Positions 26,586-38,595 of a stretch of 64,000 nucleotides of DNA are shown here, in pieces. The stretch is from Ginglymostoma cirratum (taxonomy: Eukaryota), in NCBI GenBank assembly GCA_024137785.1, contig JAHRHZ010000150.1, positions 817,627 to 881,626 of the forward strand. The letters are read 5' to 3'. A program made the translations under genes and the position numbers. The notes beneath the pieces are model-generated. The model ran no database searches, had not been told where the DNA came from, and saw only the letters and a list, made by a program, of their open reading frames with translations. The first letter of the stretch is position 1. Every line of letters begins with the position of its first letter.

Positions 26586-27081
26586 CCCTGGTTAACAGAG
26601 TGTTAAATCAAAATTATTCTGAGGCATTGTCCACTCCTCCCCTCCAGGATGTTGTTTCTCTCTCACCACCCCATCAACCTGTTTGATCAATGTCAACTTA
26701 TCAATCAGATGACCTTTTAATACTATTGCAAGCGCTTCCAAAACACAAGTTGGGCCTATAGTCATTGAAATTTTGGAGACCGAGAGGTGATTTTACCAGA
26801 GCGTACACGATCCGGAAGACACTGTACTACGCAACAACACGGAGCCCACCGGGGTGTGTTTTTCCAACCTGTTTTTGCACAATTGAACACCCGTGAAAGT
26901 ACGAAGAAATGGTTATGTAGCACGTAACATTAGACTCAGAATGGTGTTAACATCGGATACGTTGTCTCACTTGTTGGAATTTCAGTATCAGGCTGAGGTT
27001 CACTGAATGTGAGATAAAGCTCCAAGTGTGTCTGTCTCCATTCCTCAGTGAGCTGGACAGCAGGGAGATTCATTTGTTGCA

Positions 27082-27935
27082 TTTGTATAAAGTATACAAA
27101 ATGAATCAATTCACTTGTTAGTATGTATATCAAATATTTTAAGATAATTGATTCACTCATTAGTTTGTATATAAAGTCTTTTATAGTAATAAGATTCACT
27201 CATAAATTTGTGTCTATATAAGGTAGTTTATGCTAATAGATTTGTTCTCGAAAACCCTATACATTTGTTCTATAGTTTGTATACAAAGTATTTTAAGTTA
27301 ATAAATTTGCTCATTAGTTTGTCTATAAAGTAAGTTAAGCTACTTTATAGAGATAACAAAGTGTAGAGCTGGCTGAACACAGCAGGTCANNNNNNNNNNN
27401 NNNNNNNNNNNNNNNNNNNNNNNNNNNNNNNNNNNNNNNNNNNNNNNNNNNNNNNNNNNNNNNNNNNNNNNNNNNNNNNNNNNNNNNNNNNNNNNNNNNN
27501 NNNNNNNNNNNNNNNNNNNNNNNNNNNNNNNNNNNNNNNNNNNNNNNNNNNNNNNNNNNNNNNNNNNNNNNNNNNNNNNNNNNNNNNNNNNNNNNNNNNN
27601 NNNNNNNNNNNNNNNNNNNNNNNNNNNNNNNNNNNNNNNNNNNNNNNNNNNNNNNNNNNNNNNNNNNNNNNNNNNNNNNNNNNNNNNNNNNNNNNNNNNN
27701 NNNNNNNNNNNNNNNNNNNNNNNNNNNNNNNNNNNNNNNNNNNNNNNNNNNNNNNNNNNNNNNNNNNNNNNNNNNNNNNNNNNNNNNNNTCCTCTGATGC
27801 TGCTTGGCCTGCTGTGTTCAGCCAGCTCTACACCTTGTTATCTCAGATTCTCCAGCATCTGCAGTTCCTACTATCTCTAAGCTACTGGATATGTATATAT
27901 ATATAAAGTAGATTAAGTTATTAAATTGACTGTAC
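27082..27935 (+). repeat. Degenerate AT-rich minisatellite (about 41-bp unit) interrupted by a transposon
   Basis: Recurring ...taataaattcactcattagtttgtatataaagta... units from 27082 to 27345, resuming at about 27890-27935. Confidence 0.7.
27350..27877. mobile_element. Fold-back Penelope-derived element spanning assembly gap 27390-27789
   Basis: Inverted arms either side of 400 N; taagctact duplicated at 27336-27344 and 27878-27886. Confidence 0.8.
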
Positions 27936-29989
27936 ATCAAAGCGCACGTCTCTTCTTGCATTAATTTTGATCAGAACTTAAATAACCATTTCGGTAGATT
28001 TGGTGCAACAATAGACGGTTTTCACTAATTGATAGTGGGGACTGGGTTTTTAACTGCACTGACAATCAACTTAGATTGTGTTTTGATCGACGAGAGTCAA
28101 GGATGCGGGCAGCACAGTGGAACCAGAACCTGTAACCGAATCAGACATGATCTTGCATTTAAAAGTATTCACTTGTGGGATGCTGGCTTGCCCTGCGTTC
28201 ATTTCCAGTCCTTAACTGTCACTTGAGAAATTGGTGATGAGTTGTGTTCTTGGAATGCTGCAGTCCATGCGTTGCAGGTAGACCCTTAGGGAGGGACCTC
28301 CAGGATTCCTGTCCGAATGAATGGCAGAAACGGAATAAAAGACCGAATTTACCATAATTTTCCCGTAAGCTTCACGTTCCTATGAACTTTTTTTCTGACT
28401 GGACTCATTTGGGCAGAGACAAGAAAGTCAGATTTCAAAGGGAACGACATTGCCCATTCAAGAGCATGGTAGTATGACATGAACTCTCTTGTCTATCTTA
28501 TCAGTTCAATTCGTCAAATTTAGTCCCTGCTAGCTTCCTAGCAGAGCATTATTTTTGATGCATTTGCAGAAAGACAGAAACATGATCAAATCACACAGAG
28601 AAACAGAAAGCATGCATGCTGGTTGCGGGGTTGCCAGAATACAGCTGCCAGCAATTAAGTAGGTCAGCAGATGTAACAGAAGAAAAACAAAACAGATCAG
28701 TGTGCGGCTTTAACATTGAGCAAATCAAACATCTTTTGCAGAAAACCACAGGCATTGAATTTTTCCATTCAGGTTACTCAAAGCACAGAAGTGGGTTAAC
28801 GGACAAAATCATTATGTTCCAATGCAACAAATCAAGCACCCTCGACTAATGGTCCGGAAACATGCCTTTAAAGCAGCCCAGGAGACAGTTTGCATTCAAT
28901 TGAAGAACAAAATTCCAAGCGTTCTTATTCAAAAGATAGTAGCACTGATAGTGTTTGTGACAATCCTGGATACTTGTGGAAAAAAAAAATCCGAGGACTG
29001 TAAGAGTTACTTAGTTCCACCTCTCGGTGACTCCAGGCATTCAACAATGTGCTTAACTTAAGCTTCCCTCTTCACTCGCTGTTTCTGTCTTACCTTTTCA
29101 AGTGAATTAATTGTCATCCTGTTTTAAATACTCCCTTGGCTGCTTTCTATCAGAATCCACCTCTAAATGATATTTGAGCACGCTGTGATCTTACAACTGT
29201 CATGTTTTTGCTATTCATTCACAGGATGAGGGTGTCACTGGCTGGGCCCGCATTCGCTGTCCACCCTTAATTGCCCATCGGACACTGTAGAGTAAACCAC
29301 ATTGTTGTGGTTCTGGAGTCAAACGTAGGCCAGACTCGGTATGGATGGCAGTTCTTTTTCCCTAAAGGACATTAGCGAAACAGATTGTGTTTTCCAACAA
29401 TTGACAATAGATTCATGATCATCATTAGACTCTTAATTCCAGACTTCCATGGAATCCAAATTCTACCATGGCGGGATTTGAATCAGGGTCCCCAGAATAT
29501 TACCTGGGTGTCTGGAATTACACTCCAGCGATAATACCATTCGGTCATCGCCTCCAAATCCATGAATCTTAGATATTTTTCCATTAAATCTTTTACATAA
29601 ATTTGTGCAAATCTGAAGTCAGAACAACTTGAACCTAGGCCTCCTCAGGAGTAGGAATACTACTGCGAGATCACAAGACGCTATGGCCATCACTGTGGTA
29701 TATGTGGTTGGCATGGATTAGTTAGACTGAAGAGTCTGTTTCCATGCTGTTTAGCTCTATAACTCTTTACTCTTTCCTTGACATTCTGCCATCCTATTGA
29801 GCTCTGGGTCTGCAATGTATTTTTGCAATTGACAAAACATTCTTAAACTTACCATCTGTTGAGCAAATCTGCAAATTATGCATTTCCAGTATATTGTATT
29901 CCATTCATATGCTTGTATTTCTTTTCATTGCAAAGTACCTTGCAGAACCCCTACCTTGTGCAAATCAAAATAGAAATTTGCAGGACAAT

Positions 29990-30320
29990 GGGTGGTATGG
30001 TGGATCAGTGGTTAGCACTGCTGCCTTACCACGCTAGAGACCCGTGTTCAATGCCAACCTTGGGTAAATGTCTGCGTGGAGTTTGTATGTTTTCTCCATA
30101 TATGTGTGAGTTTCTTTCGCATGCTGCAGTTTCCTCCCTAAGTCAAAAGATGTGCATATTATGTGGATTGTACATGGTAAATTGCAATGTGGTGCCCAGG
30201 GATATGCTGGCCAGGTGGATTAGCCCTGGTAAATGCTGAGTTGCAGGTATAGAGTGGGGTGTCACGTTTGGATGAGTTGGTCTTCAGGTGGTCGTTGCAG
30301 ACTTTATGGGCTGAATGGGT
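29990..30320 (+). mobile_element. V-SINE (HE1-like), degraded
   Basis: gtggatcagtggttagcactgctgcc... with V-domain similarity. Confidence 0.75.
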
Positions 30321-31677
30321 TGGTTGATCAGCCACGATCACATTAAATGGCTGAGCAACCTTGAAGGTCCAAAGAGCCTACTCCTGCACCCATGCTGTAT
30401 GTCTATCTTCTTTTCCTCAGTTAATCAATGACATTAAACCTTATGATTTATTGACCTCTTCATCTAACTTTGCCTTGTGTTACTTGTGGTGCTACTGGAC
30501 CTAAACTCCACAGACCTGTAATGATCCTCTGGGAGCATATGTTCAAATTGTATCTTGGACACTGGTAGAATGCAAATCCAAGTAATAATTGAAACTTAGT
30601 AATTACCCATCCACCTTAGGCAAGGCAGCTTGCCTTCGTTATTTGTTATGGCCTACATGTAATAATAAGACCAAAGTATCATATCAGGACAGGAGTAGGC
30701 CATCTGAGCCTTTTCCACTATTAATAGGATCATAGCTGATCCAACATTTCTCACGACCACTATACTGCCCTTGCCTTGTCACACTTCATTTCCTGACTGA
30801 TCAAGAATCTATCTCAACCTTACATATGCATACAAACTCTACTGCCACAGATCTTTGTGGCAAGGCATTACAAAGACTCTCAACCCTCTGAGAGAAGAAA
30901 TTCCTCCTCATCTCTCTGTGAAATTGGTACCCCTTTATTCTGAGACTATGCCCTCTATTTCCAGACTCTTTCATGTGCAGAAACATCCTCTCAGCATTTA
31001 TCCTGTCAATCCCCTTAATATTCTTGTAAGCTTCAATGAAATCACCTTCCATTCTTCTAAAGCCCAGTGAATAGAGTCCCAGTCTGTTTAATCAAAACAA
31101 TCCATTCTATACTGGGGATAGCAGAGGCATCGAAATTCATAGATGATTTACTGACCTCTGCGATGACCCAGTAAGCCAAACAGTTCATTGACAATATGAG
31201 ATCAATAACTGACACTTGCCTCATTGCGGACATTTTAATTAAAATAAATCTGACCAAATACCATCTTGTATGTCTTTTATGTCCAGGTCATAAACATTAC
31301 AAGTATCATCAAGACAAAATATACAAGCCATCAAAATATATCAATACTTCGTTTATTAACAATTCTAATGATGAAATACAAAAGAGAGAGCAAAGGAAAT
31401 AGATATCCAAATAATTCAATATAATCAAAAGTACTTTTTTGAGCAAAAGGGAAAATCTGAACTGATCAAACCATCTACAAAATGTAAACGCCCCCTGCCA
31501 ACAAATTACCAAGTGAGAAAATAAAGAAGGAGGACTTTAGACAGAAACACTAACATTTTGTAATCCTAAATGTTTGACAACTCTTTATTTTCCATCTCAG
31601 TAACATTCCAGATACATAAAATAACAAAACATGTATCAACAATAGAAACTGACAATGTATGAACGTTACAAATAAAT

Positions 31678-31683
31678 TTTATT
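31678..31683 (-). terminator. Candidate polyadenylation signal of the inverted TCR constant gene
   Basis: AATAAA on - strand about 85 bp after the exon 4 stop; a second at 31584-31589. Confidence 0.5.
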
Positions 31684-31766
31684 TCTCTCTACTTTCTTCT
31701 GGATAGTTTTGACGAGTACGGTCTGAACCATGATTTGTTTCATGATTTTCTTCTGTCCCAGCTCAG

Positions 31767-31799
31767 TCAATCAAAACATTTTGCCAGCTTTCCTGAAAA
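31767..31799 (-). pseudogene. Inverted TCR constant gene, exon 4 (cytoplasmic tail)
   Basis: tttgttctcaatcccttctAG then phase 0 TTT TCA GGA AAG CTG GCA AAA TGT TTT GAT TGA = FSGKLAKCFD*, paralleling KRFD* of the forward TRBC. Confidence 0.75.
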
Positions 31800-32838
31800 C
31801 TAGAAGGGATTGAGAACAAATTGCGTCAGGAATGGAATGTTGCATTGAGATGTACCCAAGAAACCAGAGCAAATAGGAATAATATGATTCTTGAAAGAAT
31901 CTGAGTGAGGGATTAAAGGATATGTTGTTTGACTCTGAGTTTTGCAAACCACCTGTTTCTCAGGAATGGCAGTGGAAATAGATTCAACAGCAAATCTCAA
32001 GTGGACAATTGGATTGACACATGATGGGACAAATAGGGCTGGATTGAGGGACAAGAATGGGGCAGTGAGGCAAAACAGAGGGTGCACAAAACATAACCTT
32101 ATGCTTGACATTCTCGACCCTAGGCTGAAATTTATTTTACATAAATGAGCATTGTTCTCCTTTCCCAAATTCCATATCTCTTTTTGTTTCATGCGCACTC
32201 TTGAACCATTTATTCATATTTCTTTCTCCCTTTTAGGAATGAGATTCCTCTACAATTTTCTAACCATTCTGATATCCTTCAGCACTTTTCTAAATTCCTG
32301 TCTCTGCCTATTCCTCTCATTGTCTTGCTTTCCCTCTCTCCACTCTGTTTATTTCTCATAACAATGCACCCCATCTGTCTTGCAATCTGTCAATCACTCT
32401 GTTACCTGCTGAATCCCTATCTCCCCTCCACCTCATTTTTTTCTTTGTCTCTGCTCCTTTCTTTCTTTGCAGGAAGGTGTTCAGCAACAAAAACTATTGA
32501 ACTCAATATTGAATCCTGAAGGCTGCAGTGTCCCCAAGTGGAAAATCAAGATTGTTCTTCCAGCTTGCACTGAGCTTCGCTGGAGAACTGCAGCAAGCCC
32601 GAGACAGGGAACATGGCAGTATGTTCAAGTAGGAAACTCAGGGTTATTTTGTGCAAAACGGTCACGCAGCCTGCGTGTTATCTCTCCAGCATCATTTAGC
32701 TAGTGATAGATGGATTCAATCCATTAGGCCCAGCGACGCGTGGAAAAATGTCTCAGTGGAGTCTAGAAGCAGGAAATGTGTTGAAATTTGGGGACGACTG
32801 AATGAAAAAGAATTCATACTGGTGCACCTTCTATATAC

Positions 32839-32948
32839 CTTCATCTTGAACGGCAGGATGCTGACTGTAGTCATGTATACGATGCTCTTGGAGATGGGTA
32901 AAATATAGGTAGTTTTTGCAAAAATCTGTTGTTTCTGTATCCGCTTCA
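32839..32948 (-). pseudogene. Inverted TCR constant gene, exon 3 (transmembrane)
   Basis: ttgccttgcAG / GTatat, 110 bp, phase 1-0. Encodes (V)KRIQKQQIFAKTTYILPISKSIVYMTTVSILPFKMK, aligning with forward TYLMVLCKSILYALFVSMIVWKSK; two prolines fall in the TM span. Confidence 0.88.
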
Positions 32949-33657
32949 CTGCAAGGCAAGCAAACAGACAACAACCTTTATCCTACAACCATTGTAAAGT
33001 TTCTCATTCAAAAATTGCAGTACTGCCCATCAACCGTCAGAGGTGGACGTGTGTAGCACTGAGTGAGTGGGCGGAATTCAAGGACACAGAAACTAGACAG
33101 TTCAATAATGTAAGAACATAAACAAATATGTGCCGGGTGTTACCATTGATCAAAAACTCGACAGGACTCGAAAGCCCCCTGACTCCACAAAGCCTATCAC
33201 CAGCTATGAGACACAAGTCAGGAGTGTGATTGGACACTGCCCCCTTGCCTGCATGGGTACAGCTCCAACAACACCCGAAAAGCTTGTCACTCTCCAGGAA
33301 AAAACAGCCCACTTGATTGACACCACATCCACAAATATTCACTCCTCCCACCACTGACTATCGGCAGCAGCACTATGTACTATCTACAAGATGAACTGCA
33401 GAAATTGAACAAGTCCCCTGAGATAATACTACCCAAATGCACAACTGCTATCATTGATAAGGACCATGGCAGCAGATACATGGGAACACCAGCATCTGCA
33501 AGGTCACCTTCCAGTCACACACCATTCTGACTTCTAAATATATCGCCGATCCTTTAAAATGCTTTGTCAAAATCATGGAAGGTCAAGCAGACTGCAACAG
33601 TTCCAGAATGCAGCTCATATGCATCTAGCATTTTAGTAATTTAATTAAAAAACTTTG

Positions 33658-33813
33658 NNNNNNNNNNNNNNNNNNNNNNNNNNNNNNNNNNNNNNNNNNN
33701 NNNNNNNNNNNNNNNNNNNNNNNNNNNNNNNNNNNNNNNNNNNNNNNNNNNNNNNNNNNNNNNNNNNNNNNNNNNNNNNNNNNNNNNNNNNNNNNNNNNN
33801 NNNNNNNNNNNNN
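33658..33813. other. Assembly gap (156 N) inside intron 2 of the inverted constant gene
   Basis: Run of N. Confidence 1.
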
Positions 33814-33875
33814 GCATCTCTGTATGTGTGTTCCCTTCTGTGGATGTGTGACTGTGGAACAGTGAAAATTCTTAC

Positions 33876-33893
33876 CTTTTCCTTCACATGGTC
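33876..33893 (-). pseudogene. Inverted TCR constant gene, exon 2 (hinge Cys)
   Basis: gacttcttacAG / GTaaga, 18 bp, phase 1-1, encodes (G)PCEGK. Confidence 0.85.
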
Positions 33894-36467
33894 CTGTAAG
33901 AAGTCAGAAATAATAAAATATATTAGTTATTGATGCATAAAATATGACTTTCATTCAGGCTAGCAATGCAAGTCGGGGAAGTCTATTCACAGGGTTAACT
34001 GAACAGTGTCTGAAAATGTAACAATCAATGAAGAAGACCCTCATTAATCTCGACAGGATAAGGAGTCGCAGATGAAATGGGCGCGCAGTTGTTAGATGCA
34101 GTTTAACATAACAAGTGTGAAAGAACATATTTTCCTTGGAATAACGAGAAAATTACCTCGATAGTGGAATCGTCAACAGTACTCAAAACGCTTGACACCA
34201 TCCAGGAAAAAGCATCCTGCTTGATTGGCATCACATCCACAAGCATCCATTCCCTCCACCCCGATACTCAGTAGCAGGAGTATATGCTATATACAAGATA
34301 CGCTGCTGAAATTTACCAAAGATCCTTAGGTAGCAATTTACAAACCCATGACCACTTCCATCCAGAAGGACAAGGGCAGCAGATACATGGGAATACCACC
34401 ACCTGCAATTTCCCCTCCAACCCACTCAGCATCCTGGCTTGGAAAAAAAAAGTCACTGAATCAAAACAGTGGAATTTATTCCCTGAGGGCATTGTCAGTC
34501 TAACCTCAGCTTATGGCCTGCAAAGGTTCAAGAATGCAGCTCTCCACCACCTTCTCAAAGGGGAAAACTGGGGACAGGCAATAAATGTTGGCCCAGCAAA
34601 TGATGCTTATGCTGCATGAATGAATTAAAAAAAAAACACCAAAATACAAGGCCAAGTGAACGTTAAAGTCTGTGTCGAGAACTGGTAATGCATTCACATA
34701 ACTCTTCGTGGGCAAGGAACAGGTTGAGAAGATGGTTCGTGCAGATGATTGGATGCCATGTTTTAGAAATGGAGAACTATCTTGAATAAACAAACACTGC
34801 ATTTGAAGTTCTAAAGCACTAGGTTGTACAAGTGTCGAGGTATGAATTTCAGATAGGATGTGACAGCCCTACATGAGTGGAAACGTGATAAATTCAAATT
34901 GTTCCAGGCGTGAGGGTTGTCAATTAGAATTCAGAATTTTTCATTCTCTTGGTCAAGTGGAAATCTGACACGATACCATGATATAAATTGAAGTGATTAT
35001 TGAGTCTACATTAAAGTTGGCTTCTCCCTACCATTGAAAGTTGATAACTAATGAGAGCAGAGGGGAGGTCATTGGAAAGGAACCGTTGGGAACCATTATA
35101 AAATAAATTTCTCAGCAGCCAGATGAACGTCTAGGGAGGGGAGTCAAAGCATTTTGGTTTTCAGTGGAGAACTGTGGAAATATTCCCCAGACATCAGAGC
35201 GGCAGGGATACAGGAAAAGTGCGTGAGAGTTGACTGACCTAGACTGAGCTCTGAAAGAACTGGCAAAATATTTATTCCATACTCTATATAACTCTGCGAA
35301 AGCAGAGTTAATGTTATGTGTCAAGTGACCCTTCTTCAGAACTATCTAATTCAGATGCTGCCAGACCCGATGACTTTCCCAAGCAACATAGATAACAAGG
35401 TGTGGAGCTGGATGAACACAGCAGGCCAAGCAGCATCATAGGAGCAGGAAAGCTTGACGTTTCGGGCCTAGGCCCTTCATCAGAAATGATGAGCATCTGC
35501 AGTACCTATTATCTCTGATACAAGCAATTTGTGTTTCTGTTTCAGTTCCTTCCTTTATTTTGTGGCAAAACTTCTTCAGTGTTGTACTGTTCAATGACTC
35601 TGGGCAGTTATAGTATGACTGAAGTCAAACAAGTTAACCATGAATCACTTGGTCACACAAGATCCAAGGATAATCCAGTCGACATGTTTAAAATCTGTGA
35701 AGAACTTGATGGGGTTGATAGAGAGAGGGGCTGCCTTTCGAAGTGAGCCCAGAATAAAAGGACAGAAGCTGAACTTTGGAGATAGTTTGGTAAAGATTGG
35801 CATCTGCAAATATTTCTCCAGACAATGATCGTGAAAATGTAGAAATTAGTACCCAAGAAACTGAGAGCAGTGGTCAACTGAGAAATTAATGACTCCCTGA
35901 CTGAAATATCTCAGTGGTGGGGAGAAGGGGCGAATAGAATGTGCTGGGATACAATACAACAATACATTGATTAATCGTTAATGAACCAATTCAAGCAGCA
36001 AGAATTACAATAGATGTCAACGATTATTGGGTTGAATGGATGAGCTGGGGAAAGAGGGACTGAAGGCTCCTTCATGGTTTGAAGTCTCTTCTGTCATAAG
36101 AGAAAGTAAAATGACCACGGTAAGTCATATACATAGAACATAGAACAGTATAGAACAAGAACAGGCTCTTCGGTCCACCATGTCTGCGCCGACCATGGTG
36201 CTTTTCTAAACTAATGGCATCCAAATGGTCCATATGCCTCAATTTGCTGCCTGTTCATATGTCTGTCTAAGTGCCTCTTAAATGTTTCTGCCTTAACTGC
36301 TTCTACCACCTCGGCTGGCAACGTGCTCCAGGCACCTACTGCCTCTCTGTAAAATAAACCTTGCCTAGCACATCTCCTTTAAGCTGTTCCCCTCTCATCT
36401 ATCCAACCCTGGCAACATCCTTGCAGATCAAACCCATTTCAAGCGTAACGACGTTGGAGAATCTTAC

Positions 36468-36803
36468 CTCTCCTAATGCGGATTGGTTTCTCCCAGTGTA
36501 GCTCTTGGCCATCTTTGCGGTAATGGGTCACTTAGCACGAACACTCCATTTGTCCTCACTCAGTTGCTGGGATGGTAAGCCAACTGGTCGCACTATAGTG
36601 GCTGGAATTGTCCTGAGCAGGTATGTCCGTCACCATATTCTTTCCCGTGACCTCCTTGCCATTCGTGGTCCAGGAGAACTTCACACAGCCTGGGAAAAAG
36701 CCATGGGCCAGGCAGACAATGGTGGCTTTCTTCTGATTATTTTCCTGTTCATTGTACACGTCAAAAACTGTCACCTCGGGATGCTTCACCTCTTGACCTG
36801 CCT
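36468..36803 (-). pseudogene. Inverted TCR constant gene, exon 1 (Ig C1 domain, two in-frame stops)
   Basis: ctcccgcAG / GTaaga, 336 bp, phase 1-1. Encodes (E)AGQEVKHPEVTVFDVYNEQENNQKKATIVCLAHGFFPGCVKFSWTTNGKEVTGKNMVTDIPAQDNSSHYSATSWLTIPATE*GQMECSC*VTHYRKDGQELHWEKPIRIRR; TGA at 36556-36558, TAA at 36532-36534. Confidence 0.92.
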
Positions 36804-36856
36804 CTGCGGGAGCAAATAACAAAAATGGGCACATGTTCAGAATCAGGGAATGGTCT

Positions 36857-37580
36857 TAAGACCATAAGACCATAAGACATCGGAGTGGAAGTAAGGCCAT
36901 TCGGCCCATCGACTCCACTCTGCCATTTAATCATGGCTGATGGGCATTTCAACTCCACTTACCCGCACTCTCCCCGTAGCCCTTGATTCCTTGCGAGAGC
37001 AAGAATTTATCAATCTCTGCCTTGAAGACATTCAATGTCCCGGCCTCCACTGCGCTCCGTGGCAATGAATTCCATAGGCCCACCATTCTCTGGCTGAAGA
37101 AACGTCTCCTCATTTCCATTCTAAATTGACCCCCTCTAATTCTAAGGCTGTGCCCACGGGTCCTAGTATCCCCACCTAACGGAAACAACTTCCCAGCGTC
37201 CACCCTTTCTAAGCCATGCATTATCTTGTAAGTTTCTATTAGATCTCCCCTCAACGTTCTAAACTCTAATGAATACAATCCCAGGATCCTCAGCCGTTCA
37301 TCGTATGTTAGGCCTACCATTCCAGGGATCATCCGTGTGAATCTCCGCTGGACACGCTACAGTGCCAGTATGTCCTTCCTGTGGTGTGGGGCCCAATATT
37401 GGACTCAGTATTCTAAATGGGGCCTAACTAGAGCTTTATAAAGTCTCAGAAGCACATCGCTGCTTTTATATTCCAACCCTCTTGAGATAAATGACAACAT
37501 TCCATTCGCTTTCTTAATCACGGACTCAGCCTGCGAGTTAACCTTTAGAGAATCCTGTACTAGCACTCCCAGATCCCTTT
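36857..37580 (-). mobile_element. Young CR1-clade LINE 3' end
   Basis: Open 127-aa ORF2 C-terminus (MIPGMVGLTYDERL...RTRGHSLRIRGG...FFSQRMVGLWNSLP), CpGs retained, 8-bp tandem tail (taagacca repeats on + strand); about 50 bp from the exon 1 acceptor of the inverted C gene. Confidence 0.9.
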
Positions 37581-38457
37581 GGCTTTATGAATTTTCTTGG
37601 GCAGGGGAAGAGGACAGAACTTTCCCACAGGATCCCATCGCCACAAATGCGGTAAGTTATAGAATCATAGACTCTCACAGTGCAGAAGAAACTCTTCAGC
37701 CCATCGAGTCTGAACTACTAAAACTACACCAGTCCCACTTTCTAGAACTTGGTCCACAGAACTCAGCACTTGAATGTGATGGCATTTAAGCGTTTGGGTT
37801 AGGGTCCCTGCAATTTCCTCCCTTGTCTCCTACAGCAACATAGTCACCCTGATCCAGGGATTTGTCCACTTTTAAGCTCACTGAAACATCCATCGTTTAA
37901 ACTAAATCCAAGAATGATGACTGCTAGAAAGACAAAACAGAAATTGTTGGTGAAACTCAGCAGGTATAGCAGCATCGTTGGAAGAAAGCAGAGTTAACTT
38001 TGAGCCAGGTGACTCTTCATCAGAACATCTAAGAGTCATTGGACTCGAAGTGTTAACTCTGTTTCTCTCCCCGCAGGCACTGCCAAAGCTGCTGAGTTTC
38101 TCCAGAAGTTTCTGTTTTTGCACCAATATCTCCTTATTCCCTTTGTCAATCTGCTCAATAAACCCACAGTCTTCCTTTCTGATTTCTGCACCTACATCCT
38201 CATAGATGAGAAATACTTATTTAACATGCTACAAATATCGTCTCACTCCACACACAGATCTTCCCCTTGCTTCCTAATAGGCCCTATCCTTTCTCTAATT
38301 ATTCTATATCCATGATATACCTTTAGAATGTCTTGGGATTTTCCCTAGTCTTGCGTGTCAGTGTTTTATCATTTGCTATTAAGTTTCACCCTGTGCTTTC
38401 TATACTCCTCTGGGGCCTCTATATGTTTTGATCCCTTTGCATCTGTTATACTCCTGT

Positions 38458-38595
38458 TATAGAACATCGGACAGAGAACATAGAACACAGAACATAGAAC
38501 TCAGAATGTAGAACATTGCCAACAGAGCAGAGAACACAGAATGTAGGCAATAGAACATAGTACACACAACAGAGAACATAGAATATAGAATATTA
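38458..38595 (+). repeat. Degenerate (AGAACAT)n repeat, LINE/SINE tail
   Basis: Many imperfect heptamer units. Confidence 0.8.

Noticed and set aside
26870-26895. RSS-like CACGGGT ... GCAAAAACA on - strand, possible inverted V or D
   Set aside because: Spacer is 10 bp and adjacent sequence has no V, D or J features.
27082-27345. Regularly spaced repeats as a CRISPR-like array
   Set aside because: Degenerate tandem minisatellite without unique spacers, in vertebrate DNA.
37631-37651. Micro-exon-like + strand segment (cccacAG ... GTaagt)
   Set aside because: No partner exons or homology; antisense to the surrounding cassette and probably chance.
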